Assembly: GCF_006345805.1 (NCBI RefSeq)
Contig: NW_021826133.1
Coordinates: forward strand, 1-13,295
Source: Octopus sinensis
Taxonomy: Eukaryota
Direction: 5' to 3'
DNA length: 13,295 nucleotides
The translations under genes and the position numbers were made by a program. The notes below the pieces were generated by a model, which was given only the letters and a program-made list of their open reading frames with translations, was not told the origin of the DNA and did not search any database. Of the stretch, positions 9,694 to 13,295 are shown one piece after another; within the stretch, counting starts at the first letter, position 1, and the number at the start of each line of letters is the position of its first letter.

Positions 9694-10380
9694 ATGATGA
9701 TGATGACGATGATGATGATGACGACGATGATGATGACGACGTTGTCGATGAGAAAAATGATGATAATGATGATGATGACGATGATGATGATGATGGTGAT
9801 GATGATGTTGATGATGATGTTGATGATGATGATGATGATGACGACGTTGTCGATGAGAAAAATGATGATAATGATGATGATGACGATGATGATGATGATG
9901 GTGATGATGATGTTGATGATGATGTTGATGATGATGATGGCCGCGACGACGACGATGATAGCGATGACGATGATGCTGATGATATTGATAACGACGATGA
10001 CGACGATGATGAATATGACGTTGATGAGAACGACGATGATAATGATGATGATTATGATGATGATGATGACGGTGACGTTGATGATGATGACGGTGATGAT
10101 GCTGATGCTGATGCTAGTGATGAAGATGATGGTGATGATGATGATGGAGGTGAGTGTGATGATGATGATGATGATGATGGTAATGATGGAGGTGTTGATG
10201 ATTATGGTGATGATAGTAGTAGTGTTGTTGGTAGTGATGATGGTGATGATGGTGATGATGAGGACGTCGATGATGTGGATAATGATGATGATGGTGAAGG
10301 TTGCTGCGGTGTAGTCGGTGGTAGTGGTGGTGCTTGTGGTGAAACTTTGATGATGATATAACCAAGATAACGATGATGAT
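9694..10380. repeat. Degenerate (GAT)n tract with a 105-bp higher-order duplication
   Basis: ACGACGTTGTCGATGAGAAAAATG recurs at 9736 and 9841. Confidence 0.92.
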
Positions 10381-10808
10381 AAATGGAATCCGGGTATAAT
10401 CACTTTCCCTCCGACGTCAATAATTTTGGTCGGGTTGGTGGTGCGGTGTTGGGCAGGGAAGGAGTGTCGGATGATATCCGAAAGTGGTACAAGTGATTAG
10501 TATTTTGGCAGGTCTATTTAAGAAGGTGTTTAGAGTAATGAGAAGCAAATGGATGAGGAGGAGGAGGTGGTAGTGGTGGGGAAATGAATAAAAAGAGAAG
10601 GGAAGAGAAGGAAGAGGAGCAGAAAAGAAGACGAACTAACAACTCTAACGAAAATAACAACCAACAAAATATTTAAAGACTTGTAATAGCAATAGACAGT
10701 TACTAAATGGATACGAAATATGAGTTTACAACCGCACAGGCAAATATATTTATGATTTCAGTAACTCTCTCCTCTCATGGATGTGTAGTGTGTCCGTATA
10801 TATATATC

Positions 10809-10859
<51 letters not shown>

Positions 10860-10950
10860 CGGACACACGTATTTTATTTATTTAATTTATTTTTATTTAT
10901 TTATATATGTGTATATATATATATATATTTAAAAAAAGGATATATATATA

Positions 10951-11210
10951 CCTTCGAAACACGGAGTAGATGAAACAGAGGCGACTGAAAAAAGGGAATA
11001 TTCCTTGCGTTGTATGTCTTTTACTCTGTTTTTTTCGTTGTTTAAAGAAATGTCCGTTTCCTTGGTTTTGTTTTTATGTTTTCGTTTCTCATTGTGTTCG
11101 ACGTTTTATTTTTTTTAGTGTCCTGTACCTATATATGCATGTATATATATACATATAGATGTAATTACGTACATATATGTATGTATATATGCATATGTTT
11201 TATTTATATT
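10951..11210 (+). mobile_element. Dispersed ~250-bp repeat, copy 2
   Basis: Homologous to the reverse complement of 2945-3198. Begins directly after a (TA)n tract. Confidence 0.75.
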
Positions 11211-11213
11211 TTG

Positions 11214-11219
11214 TTATTA

Positions 11220-11261
<42 letters not shown>

Positions 11262-11277
11262 ATTATTATTATTATTA

Positions 11278-11343
<66 letters not shown>
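11214..11343. repeat. (TTA)n then (TA)n microsatellite
   Basis: Visible directly. Confidence 0.92.
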
Positions 11344-11419
11344 ACAAATCTGGGAGAAGGGAAGTGGGACGAAACGACGAATCGAATCGACCTGACGCGA
11401 ACGCGCTGTCGGACAATAA

Positions 11420-11600
11420 TGTAATAAATAAAATATATGCATGCATACAAACATAAATGTACGTACCTACATCTACATGTATATATACATGCATATATAA
11501 ATATATATACGTGAGTACAGGACACTGCAACCAGACGTAGAACTCAACGAAAAACGAAAACGGACAAGCCATATTTTTACAACAAAAAAACAGAGACGAA
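11420..11600 (-). mobile_element. Diverged third relative of the same repeat family
   Basis: Shares GTACAGGACA, ACGAAAAC and GTAC.TACCTACAT..ATAT blocks in the same order as 2960-3120. Confidence 0.5.
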
Positions 11601-11650
11601 ACGGAGACGGGAAAAACATTATTTTTTACAACAGAAAAACAAGATATATA

Positions 11651-12006
11651 CAGAATGATTCAAAAGTTTCCATACATGGGAATTTATTTTTTTCATAATA
11701 TCCCCTAGATCCCCTGATCTGATCCCTCTTGATTTCTGTCTTTGGGGGCATTTGAAAGGCACGGGCTATCGCGGAAAGATAAAAGACATAAACTATTTGA
11801 AAGAACGCATCACCAACGCATTTGCACACGCATCATTAGATGTGCTATAACGAGTTCACAGTGAATGGGGTTAACGTATTGCAACGTGTTTTCAAAACAA
11901 TGGTTACCATTTAGAGCCTATTAAATACAAAAAAAACTGTTCTTATAAACTGTTTCTTATAAAAAGATAAATTGTTCCTATGTATGGCGACTTTTGAATC
12001 ACCCTG
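11651..12006 (+). mobile_element. Internally deleted Tc1/mariner element (DDxD type, rosa/DD41D- or maT/DD37D-like), 356 bp
   Basis: 32-bp TIRs at 11651-11682 and 11975-12006 (27/32 match), TA on both flanks, and an internal transposase C-terminus. Confidence 0.9.
11701..11925 (+). pseudogene. C-terminal transposase fragment with two in-frame stops (absent from the ORF track)
   Basis: Manual translation: SPRSPDLIPLDFCLWGHLKGTGYRGKIKDINYLKERITNAFAHASLDVL*RVHSEWG*RIATCFQNNGYHLEPIK. Matches the WPPRSPDLxPLDFxLWG...GxHFE pattern. Confidence 0.88.
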
Positions 12007-12010
12007 TATA

Positions 12011-13143
12011 CAGTGGGGGGAAATAAATATTCGTAAATGTCAAAATTCTTTATTTAATTTCTAATGAACATAAATGGGATATACCAATACTATATTTGCA
12101 TACATATGCATAAACTAAGAATATGCAAAAGAAACTAATACATAATTGTAACTAATGAATTTATATACAATTATAAATATTTAGGGGTGAAAAAAGTATT
12201 CGTATAGAATAAATTTATGATATTCTATGCCACAAAATGCTGTTAAAATATTTTTTTTACTAGAACTTACTCGTTTGTTCCAATAATCTTATCAGTTGTC
12301 ATTTTTAAGTGTCAAAACACTAGCTTCTTCATTCAGCATTGAGACAACATAAAGTAGTATCCAATTAATGGCGAAAAGTAAAGAACACACAAATTCAGTG
12401 AAAAACTTATTTATTGAACACTGGAAAGCAGATAAAAGTCACAGGAAAATATCAGAGACCCTTTGTATTCCATTTTCTATCGTATCTTCATTTATTCAAA
12501 AATATAAAAAATCGGGACAGAATAAGATCTGGTGCACCACGCAAGATTTCCCCTAGATCTTTAAGAAAAAATGAAGCGAAGAATCGAAAATAACGCAATG
12601 ATCACCAGAAAGGAGTCGCAAGAAGATTTGCTAACTTCAGGGACTACTGTTACACTATGAACAATCAGCAAGAACTTCATAGTAATGAACTGAAGTCACG
12701 CTCTCCATGAAAATATCCGCTGTTGACTCAAAAGCATAGAGATGCCCATTTAAAATTTGTTTATGAACATAAAGATAAATCTGATACATTCTGGGAAAAT
12801 ATTCTATGGACAGACGAGTCGAAAATTGAATTGTTCGGACGAAATTCGAATAGCCATGTTTGGAAGAAAGATCGTACCGCCTATTCGCCGAAAAACGCAA
12901 TTCCTACCGTAAAGTTTGGAGGTGGCACCATTATTGGTGTGGGGGTGTTTCTCTGCTAATGGTACTGGCAATTTACATGTGATAGGTTGTAGAATGAATG
13001 CAGAGATGTACCAAAATATTTTGATCAATAATTTATGGGACTCCAGCTTTGTGAAGGGTGGGTTTTACAACAGGGTAACGACCCTAAGCACACGGCGAAG
13101 TCTACCAAAAAATGGATTGTCGTTCACAGTATAAAATTATTAT
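12011..13143 (+). mobile_element. Decayed Tc1-family DNA transposon, left IR/DR end plus most of the transposase
   Basis: TA|CAGTGGGGGGAAATAAATATTCGTA at 12011, a similar inner repeat GGGGTGAAAAAAGTATTCGTA at 12184-12204, and transposase remnants downstream. Right end not in the window. Confidence 0.9.
12368..13143 (+). pseudogene. Tc1-like transposase pseudogene (frameshifts, stops, second catalytic D changed to G)
   Basis: N-terminal HTH (SHRKISETLCIPFSIVSSFIQKYK), GAPRK (GRPR-like), ILWTDESK with the first D at 12813-12815, TVKFGGG/VWGCFS, and QQGNDPKHT with GGT at 13074-13076. Cut by SINE sequence before the SPDLNPIE motif. Confidence 0.93.
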
Positions 13144-13295
13144 TCCGTTTGTATGTCCTTGTTTGTCCCCTCTGTGTTTAGCCCCTTGTGGATAATAAAG
13201 AAATAGGTATTTCGTTTGTTTTCACGTTCTAAGTTCAATTTCCGCGAGGTCGACTTTGCCTTTCATCATTTCGGGATCGATAAATTAAGTACGCA
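13144..13295 (+). mobile_element. Family-B SINE fragments in permuted/tandem order, interrupting the Tc1 transposase
   Basis: 13144-13209 matches 7576-7641 (3' end). 13207-13295 matches 7450-7536 (internal part). Runs off the window end. Confidence 0.85.

Noticed and set aside
9977-9983. CTGATGA box
   Set aside because: Arises from the GAT microsatellite; no stem II or GAAA follows.
9561-10403. Poly-Met, poly-Ile and poly-His ORFs (235, 280 and 83 aa)
   Set aside because: Alternative frames of the (GAT)n repeat, which lack stops by composition.

Overview
AT-rich, microsatellite-dense eukaryotic non-coding DNA (intron or intergenic). The repeat landscape suggests an Octopus genome; this is an inference from recalled SINE and repeat families, not a database result. 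No intact host protein-coding gene is supported, and most ORF-track entries are microsatellite artefacts. Recognisable elements: a decayed Tc1-type transposon with an IR/DR left end (12011-13143), an internally deleted DDxD-type Tc1/mariner element (11651-12006), a non-autonomous Helitron-like element (5633-6008), and tRNA-derived SINEs of two families, one copy nested with a 16-bp TSD. The main hidden signal is a cluster of hammerhead-ribozyme (HHR) motifs in short unique islands between (TA)n tracts. Two have a fully canonical type I core with all three stems (7861-7965 and 8867-8940, + strand), and about eight more are degenerate. One canonical HHR lies in a ~510-bp unit with terminal direct repeats that also has an HHR-like motif on the opposite strand. 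This fits Penelope-like-element pseudo-LTRs or non-LTR retrozymes. All folds were read by eye and activity is untested.
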